A DNA stretch of 64,000 nucleotides from Calditrichia bacterium (GTDB taxonomy: Bacteria > Calditrichota > Calditrichia > RBG-13-44-9 > J075): assembly GCA_028284445.1 (NCBI GenBank), contig JANQRS010000026.1, positions 41,653 to 105,652 of the forward strand, given 5' to 3'. The translations under genes and the position numbers were made by a program. Below, piece after piece: positions 1-9,880 of the stretch. Every line of letters starts with the position of its first letter. The first letter of the stretch is position 1. A model generated the notes under the pieces. It made no database searches, was not told where the DNA came from, and saw nothing but the letters and a program-made list of their open reading frames with translations.

Positions 1-229
1 ATAGGTGGGGTAAGTATAGCTGATGTGATGTTCGCCACAATCTATTTTGTTAAGAAAAGCTGTGGGGCAAGCCAAGGCATGTTCCACCCTTACAGGGCAG
101 GAGGTGTATTTTTTAGAAATATTGCGTCGCTACGTGACGAAAACCAGGTATGTGCAATCCCGCAGATAGAATATGCTCCATAGGAGCAAAATATCTCTAG
201 TCTGTGTTTGGTTCAGTCCATTAGATAAG

Positions 230-1162
230 TTAGCCCGATTTGACGGATCGGAACAATCTATACCCCACCAAATGCAAATATCGCGATGCGATGAACAGAT
301 CCAGCAATAGGCGCCACGAAACACCCGTACGGGCACAGAGGTAGATCGGTTGCCAGTCCGGGGAAAATTTCTGTTTAAAATTAAATAGTCCCTGGTAGTC
401 GTATGCGAAGCGCAGCGATTGCCCAATTTTGAAGAACGCTTTTGATTTCAGATTGGGGAGCTCATCCGGCCCAACAAAGGGGACTTCACCGAGGTTGAGA
501 TAGCGGACGCCCTCCCTTTGCAGATGCTCAGCGGTATGACAAATCAATGCCTCCATGATGCCAGCCGGGGCATCCCGATGCTTTAAAAGCACTTCCGTAT
601 GAAACATGTTTGGGCCGGGCCTGCTCAAGGTGATTGCCCCCAGCCAGTTTCCATCTTCATCACAAAAGCAGAAACAGCGCATCTTCGGCCACGGCCTGTT
701 CCTGAACAGAAATCGCAGCTGCGGCTCGCGTCCATGGCGGGAGGCTTTTAGGAGCTCGCAGAATTTCGCAGACGTCGCCGCAGAGGGGGCAACCTCAAGA
801 ATTTTACCATGGCGTTTTCCGCGCCGGGCAAGTTCGCGAAGAGACCGTTTCTGCCAGGTTTTTGCCGATACATCCAGAATGGCTTCCACGCCGACTTGCA
901 GCGCATCCCAGCCAGCGGTCTGCAACCGTTGTGTAAGGAATTGACCGCAGCCGCGAATCACTGCTCGCTCTGGCAGGGAGGCGAGCAATTGTGTATCGAG
1001 TTCCGTCGTGGCGTCAAAGGGGATCTCCGCGGCATAAATCCATTTTGATCTGGAAATCGGGAGCGCGATTCTTTGCATTTCCGCAGCGCCTTGTCCACCA
1101 ACAGCCCAACTGAGTGGCAGGTGGAATGCCGATGAGGTTTCCGAGCTTACCGAATTGCCCAC
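230..1162 (-). CDS. Stand-alone MprF/LPG synthase C-terminal (DUF2156) aminoacyl-transferase-like domain protein; true start may be the ATG at 1078
   Basis: Motifs GIMEALI...LNLGEVPF and YDYQGLFNFKQKFSPDWQPIYL are typical of the DUF2156 GNAT-like domain; no multi-TM flippase domain. Confidence 0.8.
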   Translation of the reverse strand: MGNSVSSETSSAFHLPLSWAVGGQGAAEMQRIALPISRSKWIYAAEIPFDATTELDTQLLASLPERAVIRGCGQFLTQRLQTAGWDALQVGVEAILDVSAKTWQKRSLRELARRGKRHGKILEVAPSAATSAKFCELLKASRHGREPQLRFLFRNRPWPKMRCFCFCDEDGNWLGAITLSRPGPNMFHTEVLLKHRDAPAGIMEALICHTAEHLQREGVRYLNLGEVPFVGPDELPNLKSKAFFKIGQSLRFAYDYQGLFNFKQKFSPDWQPIYLCARTGVSWRLLLDLFIASRYLHLVGYRLFRSVKSG

Positions 1163-3318
1163 TCGCGCCTCGTGTGTTCCGTTTCCGGAATGTCGACTTC
1201 GATCATTTGATGAAAAGGGAAAGTCTCGATCATCGTGTTGTTCTGACGGACGGAAATCTGAAACCCAAGAACATCCCCGCCTTCGATGCCCAGATCTTCA
1301 AAGCTGATGGCAATTTCCAGGCATTCTTTTAAGCGGAATGATGGATTGAGCAAGTGACGTAGCGGTTCGTCGCCCAGCGGCCCAAATCGATCCATCACGC
1401 CACGCAATGGAGAAATGGTAATCAAATACTGCAGCGGCATCTTGATAGAAACAACGAATTCATGCATCAATAATGGTGCTCGACGAAAATCAATTCGCAG
1501 GAAGAGAGTGGTTTCATTAAAGCCGACGAAGAGCTGTTCCATCATTTGTCCATCCGGGTCCGGGGTGCTGAGAAATGCCGACTGCAAATTGTATGCGGCA
1601 GCGCCTTGCCATTCATCCCGATGCGATTCCTTGCCATCGATCGTTGGCCGAATCATTCGTTCTGGTTTAATGGACATGAAACGGGTCATTTCACCCTGCT
1701 TGATGGTTTGATAGAGTTCGGGAGGAATTTCCGCACCGCAAATTTCGTAAACCTGCATCAGGTTCTCGCGGAAGAGCTGATCGAGCTCCAGGTCCTGATC
1801 GGAGGCGTGTTCTTCGCCGTACCACCAATACCAGTCAGACCCTTCGGTTATATAGATATGCTCCCAGGCTTGCTTTAGCAGATCTTCCGGCAGAACCCCT
1901 TCCTGCTCCTTGGCGGTCAGGAAAGCGCGGGTCATGCGCAATTGTTCCCAGGCGCGATTGTCTTCTTCGGAGCCAATCCAGACGTTGAAGCTGTTATTCC
2001 GCCAGCTCCCGGGAATCAGCCGGGGCAGATTCTCCGCTTCAGATGTACGCTCCAGAAAGCCGGAGAAAGTGGTGGTCGTTACTTTCTTGTCCTTGCTCAG
2101 CCGTTCAAAGAGGCGGGCAAGAAATGGATAGCCGGCATCTTTATAGTGATTCCAGAATTTATCACCTAGCAGCACAATGCTAACCAAATGATGCTTCAGG
2201 GAAGCAGCGCCGGAGCGCTTGACGATGCGGCGGCGAATCGTGTAGAGACGATCCATGAAATCGTCGACTGCCTCGTCAATATCCCACTTATGATAAACCA
2301 CGCGAATGGCGTCCGAGAGGTAGTGATCGCGGAAAAATATATCCAGCGGACGGCCGTTTTGGCTAAAGCGCCAGGGGCGATATCTTGAGACACTGTCGTG
2401 TCGTTTCCCGAGGCTGCGGATGAGGATACTTTCATCAGTAGCAATCCAGCGAATGCCGTGGCGCTCAAGCAATCTCGCCGCTGCTTCGGATATCCCGCCC
2501 TCGGGCGGCCAAATGCCTTCCGGAGTCTGGCCAAAAATCTGATCAAAGGTTTCGATCCCTTCCCTCAACTGATCCGCTGCGTCATCCGGAAACGCGATAG
2601 GTGGCAGCGGAATCTGCAAGCCGGGACGGGCAGCCAATGCGCTTTGCGTATCGAGCAAGAGGGGGATGACCGGATGATATTTGGGAGAAGTTGTCAACTC
2701 AATACGCTTGTCGGACAACGCCCGCTGATAAGCCGGTAGCATTTCCTGAATGAGTAGACGGGTTTCTTCCAGCAGCAATTGTTTGTCTGCTTCACTAAAG
2801 TCGCTTCCTTTATCGAATAAATTTTGGATTGCCGGTTTGCGACGACTCAGCTGGCCAATCCAGGTTAGGTTATACCACACCTGGGTATCGAGATAGTCCC
2901 TTGTTGTGAATTGATCAATGATATCCGGCGCTTCCGCCTTACGTCGCAGTGCTTTGTAGCGATTGTAGAGCTCATAATACCGCGGATAGGGTTTGATCAT
3001 GTTTTGTGACTTGGCTACGAAAAAGTTGTCGAGGATTGTTGCCTTATTTTCTGCCGTCAGTTTATTGGCTGGTATTTCGCTGAGTATCCAGATCAGGTCT
3101 TTGGCATCGTTCTCGGCATAATCCTGCAACTGTATTAACAAAGAAGGCGTGATGTTTATGGTCTGTTGAATGCGTGGATAATCATCCAACAGTTTCAGGA
3201 AATCGAGGTAGCTGCGGGTCGAAAAGAGGCGCACCCAGGGCATCTGGTAATAACCACGGGCATTTTTCAAATATGGCTGGTGGTGATTCCAGAGGAATGC
3301 CAGTTGTAGTTTTTCCAT
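1147..3318 (-). CDS. Glycoside hydrolase family 57 protein (amylopullulanase/alpha-amylase-like)
   Basis: LWNHHQP, MPWVRL, GIWPPEGG (nucleophile Glu), W..GSW and EGSDWYWW conserved GH57 regions; ATG at 3318. Confidence 0.9.
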   Translation of the reverse strand: MEKLQLAFLWNHHQPYLKNARGYYQMPWVRLFSTRSYLDFLKLLDDYPRIQQTINITPSLLIQLQDYAENDAKDLIWILSEIPANKLTAENKATILDNFFVAKSQNMIKPYPRYYELYNRYKALRRKAEAPDIIDQFTTRDYLDTQVWYNLTWIGQLSRRKPAIQNLFDKGSDFSEADKQLLLEETRLLIQEMLPAYQRALSDKRIELTTSPKYHPVIPLLLDTQSALAARPGLQIPLPPIAFPDDAADQLREGIETFDQIFGQTPEGIWPPEGGISEAAARLLERHGIRWIATDESILIRSLGKRHDSVSRYRPWRFSQNGRPLDIFFRDHYLSDAIRVVYHKWDIDEAVDDFMDRLYTIRRRIVKRSGAASLKHHLVSIVLLGDKFWNHYKDAGYPFLARLFERLSKDKKVTTTTFSGFLERTSEAENLPRLIPGSWRNNSFNVWIGSEEDNRAWEQLRMTRAFLTAKEQEGVLPEDLLKQAWEHIYITEGSDWYWWYGEEHASDQDLELDQLFRENLMQVYEICGAEIPPELYQTIKQGEMTRFMSIKPERMIRPTIDGKESHRDEWQGAAAYNLQSAFLSTPDPDGQMMEQLFVGFNETTLFLRIDFRRAPLLMHEFVVSIKMPLQYLITISPLRGVMDRFGPLGDEPLRHLLNPSFRLKECLEIAISFEDLGIEGGDVLGFQISVRQNNTMIETFPFHQMIEVDIPETEHTRREWAIR

Positions 3319-3324
3319 TGTTTT

Positions 3325-3508
3325 GCTCACTGCGTTCGCGTCAACTCACTGTGCTCGCGTCAGAGGCTTCGCCTCGTCAGCTCGTTTCACTCGCGTCAAT
3401 TCGCTTTGCTCATGTTACATCCCCCTAAATCCCCCTTCGAAGGCAGGGGGATTTAGGGGGATGTAAACGGCGAGCTTGCGAGCCTGACGCTGGCGACGCC
3501 AGCTGACG
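3325..3508. repeat. Composite REP-like element: five GTCA-spaced 17-19 nt mini-hairpin units, a 48-bp C/G-tract palindrome, then two inverted units
   Basis: Units GCTCACTGCGTTCGC-GTCA, ACTCACTGTGCTCGC-GTCA, GAGGCTTCGCCTC-GTCA, GCTCGTTTCACTCGC-GTCA, ATTCGCTTTGCTCAT-GTTA; palindrome at 3417-3464; TGAC-led units at 3465-3508. Confidence 0.85.
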
Positions 3509-3517
3509 GTCACAGGC

Positions 3518-4981
3518 CTATGGCCTGACGGCGCGAAGCGCCTTTGCCGCAGCGTTTCTCTCTTCGTCAGTTAAGATCCAAAATACCGCAATAATGAGTG
3601 ATAGGGCCACCAAAAGGAGGCGCAGCCATATCGATAAATCCAGCAAGTAATGTGCCATCATCAACCCGATCAATCCAACCGAGATTTTCGCGATCCGGCC
3701 CCATTCAATAGGTATCGGAAAGATTCGGTCAGAAACGATAAATATTGTGAGCGCCATGGTCATATAGCTGATCAAGGTGGCCCAGGCAGCGCCCCAAATG
3801 TGCAGATGAGGCAGCAAAATGATGTTGGCTACGATGTTTAAAACCGCACCGCTGCCGGTAAAGATAATCATGTATTTGCTTTTCTTTGTGATGTAAAAGC
3901 CGGGTGTCAATATCACATAAATACCGTAAAAACAATATGATAGTAGGATGATAGGGATGATGTCGATTGCCGACCAAAAGGGTTCGCCCAGGAAGTAGAA
4001 GCTGTCGAAGTATTTGAATGTCAGGATATCGCGAATGAAAAAGGTGCCGAGCAGGGTGATAAAGCCGGCCCCAAGCAGAAAGTAGCTGAGTACCCGTGAG
4101 TAAATCTGACGGGCGCCGTCTTCCTTGGCGATTTTCAGGAAGAAGGGTTGCCAGGCATTCTTGAAGGCATTAATGAGCAGTAACAACACAGTCCCGAATT
4201 TATAATTGGCCCCGTAAATGCCCACGGCGTCTTTGTCGAGTATAACCGGAACGATTAGGCGGTCAATCATTTCAATCGCTGTGAAGGCAATTCCATGCGG
4301 CAAAAACGGCAGTCCAAAAGCGAGCATTTCCTTGCACAGCGGGATGTCGATTTTCAAGTTCAGATAGCGAACAATGATTGGCAACATCACCAGGAAGTTG
4401 ACAATCGAGGCAGTCAGGCTGGTGTAGAGAATGCCGATGACGCCGGTCTTCAGGAAGACCACGAAATAGATGTTCAGACTGAGCTCCAGCAGGAAACGAA
4501 AGACCCGGAATGAGGTGAACTGGATGGCTTTTTCTTCCGCCCGCAAAATCAGATATGGCAAATTGCCAAGCGCATCAAAAAACAGGATGAAGCCGCCGAG
4601 TCGGACAAAATTTGCATAATCCGGACTCTTCAGTATCAAATCCGCCAGTGGTTCACTAAAGGTAACCAGGATAACGGTGGTGACTAAGCTGGTGCAAAGC
4701 AGCACCACAAAAGTCGAGGAAAAAACGGTTTTGCGATCGCGCTCACCGAGAAAAAAGTAGCGCAGCATCGCGGAATCCATCCCGTAGGTATAGAAGAAAT
4801 ACATGAAGCCCAGGAAGGTGAAAATGACCACGAAGTCGCCAAAATCGCTGGTGGTTTTAATGTATTCGGGATTGGTATAGATAGGAATGAGCAGAAAACC
4901 GGAGAGTTTTTGTACTGCCGTGCTAATGGCGTAGATCGCCGAATGCTGGGCCAGTCGCCCGATTTTCTTGAAGATGCTCAA
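3518..4981 (-). CDS. Oligosaccharide flippase (Wzx/MOP family polysaccharide biosynthesis protein)
   Basis: About 12-14 hydrophobic segments; N-terminal Y.IS..VQKL.GFLLIPIYT and VGIYGANYKFG motifs. Confidence 0.85.
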   Translation of the reverse strand: MSIFKKIGRLAQHSAIYAISTAVQKLSGFLLIPIYTNPEYIKTTSDFGDFVVIFTFLGFMYFFYTYGMDSAMLRYFFLGERDRKTVFSSTFVVLLCTSLVTTVILVTFSEPLADLILKSPDYANFVRLGGFILFFDALGNLPYLILRAEEKAIQFTSFRVFRFLLELSLNIYFVVFLKTGVIGILYTSLTASIVNFLVMLPIIVRYLNLKIDIPLCKEMLAFGLPFLPHGIAFTAIEMIDRLIVPVILDKDAVGIYGANYKFGTVLLLLINAFKNAWQPFFLKIAKEDGARQIYSRVLSYFLLGAGFITLLGTFFIRDILTFKYFDSFYFLGEPFWSAIDIIPIILLSYCFYGIYVILTPGFYITKKSKYMIIFTGSGAVLNIVANIILLPHLHIWGAAWATLISYMTMALTIFIVSDRIFPIPIEWGRIAKISVGLIGLMMAHYLLDLSIWLRLLLVALSLIIAVFWILTDEERNAAAKALRAVRP

Positions 4982-5739
4982 AACGTCAGTTTTAGTCCGT
5001 CGTATGCCAGATGAATGTCCGGAGGCAGCTGCGCTTCCGTTTCCTGATGCATTACACTATGTGCGATGTGAGTAAAATAGGTTGTTTTTGCCCCGATGCG
5101 TTGCGCTGCTTCAATTGCCTGCTCGATAGAAAAGTGCGTTGGATGCGGTTTGTGGCGCAGGGCGCCGAGAACCAGCACCTCGAGATCCTGCAAGCGCTCG
5201 AAAGAACTTTCCGGTATAGTACTGACATCGGTGCAGTAGGCAAAAGCACCAACCCGATATCCAAAAACAGGCATTCGCCCGTGCAACAGCGGTATGGGGG
5301 TGATATCGATGCCGGATACCTGGAAGCAATTTTTATCAATGACATGAATATCAAGCCGGGGAATTGTGGACTTGCTTTGGTTCTCACCGAAGGCGTAAAT
5401 GAATACCCTCTTGATATTGTCCATGGTGTCCTGCATGCCATAAAGCGGGATACTGGTCTTGTTTAGAATGTTGAAGCTGCGCAGGTCGTCCATGCCAAGA
5501 ATATGGTCAACATGATGATGCGTGTAGATGACAGCGTTGAGATATTTGACATTGGCGCGAAGCATTTGTTGGCGATAGTCTACGGAAGTGTCAATGAGGA
5601 TTTGCGTGCCGTCGATTTTCAGGAGGGCGGAAGTGCGCAGGCGCTTGTCTTTGCTATCGGTCGAGCAGCAGACGCGACAATCGCAGCCAGCGATAGGCAC
5701 TCCCATCGATGTCCCACTACCCAATATTTCAACTTCCAT
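4978..5739 (-). CDS. PhnP-like MBL-fold metallo-hydrolase
   Basis: LGSGTSMGVP, CxCxxC, THHHVDHILG (HxHxDH) and THIAH motifs; ATG at 5739. Confidence 0.9.
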   Translation of the reverse strand: MEVEILGSGTSMGVPIAGCDCRVCCSTDSKDKRLRTSALLKIDGTQILIDTSVDYRQQMLRANVKYLNAVIYTHHHVDHILGMDDLRSFNILNKTSIPLYGMQDTMDNIKRVFIYAFGENQSKSTIPRLDIHVIDKNCFQVSGIDITPIPLLHGRMPVFGYRVGAFAYCTDVSTIPESSFERLQDLEVLVLGALRHKPHPTHFSIEQAIEAAQRIGAKTTYFTHIAHSVMHQETEAQLPPDIHLAYDGLKLTF

Positions 5740-5914
5740 AAGTGCGTCTTCCCCATTGGCCTGGCCCAATCAGTCAAAAATTTAAGCCGGATTCCGGGGA
5801 ATACCAAGGGGCTTTTCATTGAAAGTGTGTAGATGGAGATCGGCGGATGACAGCCCGATAAAATCTATTGCTGGATTTCACAAGGTTCGATTAATTGCTA
5901 CAAAAGTTTTAGGG

Positions 5915-8900
5915 TTAGGAATCCGAACTTGCAGATAATTGAGACAATTGGTCGTACAGTTTTTGTATACTTTCCTTTAATTCGTCATCTGAGATTTCAT
6001 GTTTATGAACTGCATATCCCAAATCCGTGACGGATTGCCTAATCGAATTTGTGAGGTGGTCAAAGTTTCTAGAAGCCAGTATTGCCAGGGAATCTAATAT
6101 TTGCAAAAAATCATCGCGTTCCTTAATACCTTCAAAGGATATTGTTCCATCGGCAAGAGTAAAATGACTTATTGGTTTGATCTCGAGAATCTTCTCAAGG
6201 TCGTCGATACCTACCCTGGCTTCGCGGATGCGTTCAGCGATAGCTAACAAGCTATCGCATTTCCTAATCGTATCGCGTGGAATACCAAAGGACATTAGGT
6301 TTATTGCATTTATGAGGCTGGGATCAACAATAAAATCTCGTGATTTAAGATAATTGATAATGATTTTTTCATTAGACTCAAATGGTAGTGGAGGAACATG
6401 CTCGATATGATCAAATGCACTGTCCATTTCGGTTTTTGTTCTCTCACTTTTATCCATAAATGCGTTATATGAATCGGAAGCCAACGATAAATAATAATAA
6501 ACACTTCGAATCTCGAACATGCTTCTCATTCTGATGATTGCCTTTCTGAGATCTGAAGCATCAGTAATCCTATCTAATTCATCAATAGCAACGATCAACC
6601 GCCAGTTACTTTTCGATTGGCCAAAGGCTCCGGCATTGAGCCGTTCTATGCAAAATCTGATAAAGCTTCGATAGTCTTCAATGGATGTTGTCCAGGATTG
6701 ATCTTCCTCTTGCTTTTTCGACAGTTCTCGACTCAATAAAAAAGATCCAAAGAAAATTGTTGCAGTAGAGAGAAGTACAATAATATGTGAGTTAAGAGTT
6801 TGAGAGTCGTTGCTTCCATGTTTATAAAAGTCAACTGGATAAATGAAATATGAGCCAATTGTTGTATGAGATGTAAATATCTCGACTAACCAATTGAAGA
6901 GAATCATGACAATAAATGCCAACGCTACGAACTGCGTTAATCTCAGCCAATAGATTCTTCTATATGTTGTCGTATCGTAGCCAAACAAAACTACAAGACA
7001 CCGCTCATAAAGAAGTTCCAGGTGAGGATTGTTTTTTGGCGATCGTCTGAGCCAAAATCCAAGGTCTTTTCTCTGCAATACTATCGAGGCTGCTATCCAC
7101 ATAGAAATTGTGACAATAAGTGTAAGGCCTACAGGCATCCATATGACCGATGAGTCCAATCTCAAAATAGTTGATTCTGCGACCTGGGTTAAAACATAAA
7201 TTAAGATAGCTACGCCCAATACGAGGCGGATTGCTAAATTGTGGGCATCTTCTCGAAGCTCTCTTTCTGCCATTGAGTTAGCCCCGATATGATTACTAAT
7301 TCGATTCTCTAATATCTGCGCAACCCTGCTTTGCACACCTCGTACAATTGGAACCTCATCAAATTTGGTCGGTGCTTGCAACCAGACACCAATGAAATCT
7401 TCATCGCTATTTTGAGGGATATTCTCATTCACCAGCTCTTTTAGAATTTCGGATTTACCAACTCCTCTTGGGCCAATCAACGCAACCGTATTCCAGCCTC
7501 TTTTAGCATACGCTCTCAAATTAACCAATATGTTGCTTCGTCCTTGAAATTGTGTGGGACTTTCAGGCGGGCGACCTGCACGAACTCCGCGGCGATTGGC
7601 AACGTCTTCTGCCTGGGCGATTATCGCAGAGCGATTTAACAACAGCCGGCCGCCCCAAAGGCCAATAAGGAGTGATAAAGCGACGAAGGGAAAAACAAAT
7701 GTAGATGCCAAAATTGTGCTAAACGATGCGCCGAATCCTTCCGACATTCTGGCTTGAGAAATTACATATCCAAGCACGGATGGTGCATCGGGAGTACCTC
7801 CACCATATAATTTGACAGCTAAATGGTGTAAAAGTTTTTGCCTGGTTTCTTTATTCTCAATGTCTTTAAATCGTTCTATGTAATGCGACAACAACTTAAA
7901 TTCTTTGGGGTCTTCTTCACTAAGTTTTGAATCATCTTTTAGATAGTGCTCGTCTGACCAAACAACTGAAATCGGTGAAGACAATATCATAAGATGTTTT
8001 TGAACTCTGTCAAATTTATCTTCATTGCTTCCAGAACCTGTTCCAAGTGATTCTATAAAGCTAATCAATTCAGGACTGAGGAGTTGAATTGCCAAACCTG
8101 CTTGACCACCTGATTTTAGAAGGGTTGATAAATCCCCTCTAGTAATACCACACTCCAGAAATCTGTCGCGAAAAAGCTCTGCTCGTTTGAAGGCTTCATC
8201 TTTATCAACAACCGCAGGTTGCTCAGACGGTTTATCACTATTGTCCTCGTCTTCGGAGGGTTTAGGTACGATTTTAATATTTTTGACAAAAAAATCTACA
8301 AGTCTTGAATTGTTTTTGTCAATTTTGGAATCATAAATCTCAAAAAGTCCAGTGGAAACGAGGTCAGGAGTTTTAGAATCCGACATTAACTCCAGATCAG
8401 GGATGAGACTGCTTAGTTCTTGACAATCTATTAATTTGAAGAGCACTTCTATTCGTTCGCGTGAATTGGCCAACTCATATAGAACGGGCAGAGCATTCGA
8501 ATCGAAGTCATATTGTTCATTCGCAATACTTATCTTGCCTGAATTCTCCAGAGCAACTTGTTGATATAATAAAAATGTAATACCTGATTCAAAAACAAGA
8601 GGTAGCGACAATTGAGATATTAACATGTTACTTGAGTGAAAATTAGTGATGCGAGGAAAGACGCCATTCATGTTTCTCAGGAACTGCTTTTCTTCCTCCT
8701 TATCTTCGCGCGTGTTTTCGATTGGGCCGTAGTAATACCCTGAGGAGCGCACTGGCCTTAAGCCATACGTTCTTGCTAGATTTATTTGCGCATATTTCAG
8801 GACTGTTTCATCAAGTTCACGATGCCTTTCTTCAGAATCGAGGCCTGGCAGGCCGATACTGCTACGAGAAAAATCGACAGAAATCGGGTGCCGCCATTCC

Positions 8901-9880
8901 ATCCGTTTTACCAGAAACTCAATCCTTTCCTCTGCAGACATGACACGAGTTCCGAGCAGGAGGTTATTCGTAGTTGAAAGATAGTCAAATTGCGAATAGC
9001 CCGTATTGGATTTCATCTCATAGGACCAATCTATTCCGTAGTACCAGCGGTTTAATGACCTCAGTCTCTCTTCTCTTTTTCTTCTTTTCTCAAGTTCTTG
9101 AAGGGTGGCGTAAAAATTTGTCCTGTAAAAATCGTTTAATTCTATTTCAGATGCTATGCGGTAAAATCTCTGTATATACTCCGGCTTTAATTTCGCATTA
9201 ATATCCTGAGCCAAAACGTACGTTTCGTCATCAAGTTGGGCAGGTGTGGTTCGTTGCACTAACGTACTTTGCACCAAAGATTTTCCGCTACCGAGACAAA
9301 CCACAAATAGGCCAAAGCAAATAATCAATAAAAGCCCTTTAGATTTCTTTTGTTTAAAATCTATGACTCTCGGAAACTCAGCTATAAAGAAGCTGGCAAA
9401 AATGATAATTAGGATAGGAATAGCTATCCAGTATGGAAGCGCCGGTTCGACAGTTGTTTCGATTTGCACATCCATAATTGGACTGAGAGGTCCACCCTGG
9501 CCTAAAAGCATAATGAAAATCGATGCTAATGCTAAACTCCAAAGAGATCTCTCAAGTCTATTCGCTTTCCATGAGAACGTGATTATAAAACCAACCACTA
9601 AAGCGCCAAATGAGAGAGCGAGAATTGGGTAGTAAGAAACCGTAGGCTCTGCACCAGCAATAATCATTGAATGACCTGCAGTGAGTACAAAGATAGCGCA
9701 GCAGCCCCAACCCATTGCTAAATCTGCATAACCATTGAAGTGCCTCTTCGTCTCAATTGGTTCCTGGGCCGAAGGTGCAAATATTTTCCTTAGCCAGTCG
9801 TGTAATGCATTGGCTACTAATGCAAATGTAGAAATGGCGAGTTGAATAAAATTAAGAATTTCGATGAGACTGTCTTGCAT
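5915..9880 (-). CDS. Large multi-pass membrane protein with a KAP-family-like P-loop NTPase domain
   Basis: Walker A GPRGVGKS (7451-7474) and Walker B LIVAIDELDR (about 6569-6598), separated by about 4 predicted TM helices; about 7 further N-terminal TM helices; visibly AT-richer than the flanks. Confidence 0.7.
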   Translation of the reverse strand: MQDSLIEILNFIQLAISTFALVANALHDWLRKIFAPSAQEPIETKRHFNGYADLAMGWGCCAIFVLTAGHSMIIAGAEPTVSYYPILALSFGALVVGFIITFSWKANRLERSLWSLALASIFIMLLGQGGPLSPIMDVQIETTVEPALPYWIAIPILIIIFASFFIAEFPRVIDFKQKKSKGLLLIICFGLFVVCLGSGKSLVQSTLVQRTTPAQLDDETYVLAQDINAKLKPEYIQRFYRIASEIELNDFYRTNFYATLQELEKRRKREERLRSLNRWYYGIDWSYEMKSNTGYSQFDYLSTTNNLLLGTRVMSAEERIEFLVKRMEWRHPISVDFSRSSIGLPGLDSEERHRELDETVLKYAQINLARTYGLRPVRSSGYYYGPIENTREDKEEEKQFLRNMNGVFPRITNFHSSNMLISQLSLPLVFESGITFLLYQQVALENSGKISIANEQYDFDSNALPVLYELANSRERIEVLFKLIDCQELSSLIPDLELMSDSKTPDLVSTGLFEIYDSKIDKNNSRLVDFFVKNIKIVPKPSEDEDNSDKPSEQPAVVDKDEAFKRAELFRDRFLECGITRGDLSTLLKSGGQAGLAIQLLSPELISFIESLGTGSGSNEDKFDRVQKHLMILSSPISVVWSDEHYLKDDSKLSEEDPKEFKLLSHYIERFKDIENKETRQKLLHHLAVKLYGGGTPDAPSVLGYVISQARMSEGFGASFSTILASTFVFPFVALSLLIGLWGGRLLLNRSAIIAQAEDVANRRGVRAGRPPESPTQFQGRSNILVNLRAYAKRGWNTVALIGPRGVGKSEILKELVNENIPQNSDEDFIGVWLQAPTKFDEVPIVRGVQSRVAQILENRISNHIGANSMAERELREDAHNLAIRLVLGVAILIYVLTQVAESTILRLDSSVIWMPVGLTLIVTISMWIAASIVLQRKDLGFWLRRSPKNNPHLELLYERCLVVLFGYDTTTYRRIYWLRLTQFVALAFIVMILFNWLVEIFTSHTTIGSYFIYPVDFYKHGSNDSQTLNSHIIVLLSTATIFFGSFLLSRELSKKQEEDQSWTTSIEDYRSFIRFCIERLNAGAFGQSKSNWRLIVAIDELDRITDASDLRKAIIRMRSMFEIRSVYYYLSLASDSYNAFMDKSERTKTEMDSAFDHIEHVPPLPFESNEKIIINYLKSRDFIVDPSLINAINLMSFGIPRDTIRKCDSLLAIAERIREARVGIDDLEKILEIKPISHFTLADGTISFEGIKERDDFLQILDSLAILASRNFDHLTNSIRQSVTDLGYAVHKHEISDDELKESIQKLYDQLSQLSASSDS

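Noticed and set aside
3325-3417. Possible CRISPR array (also 63386-63490)
   Set aside because: Units are 17-19 nt and contiguous, with no unique spacers and no cas genes.
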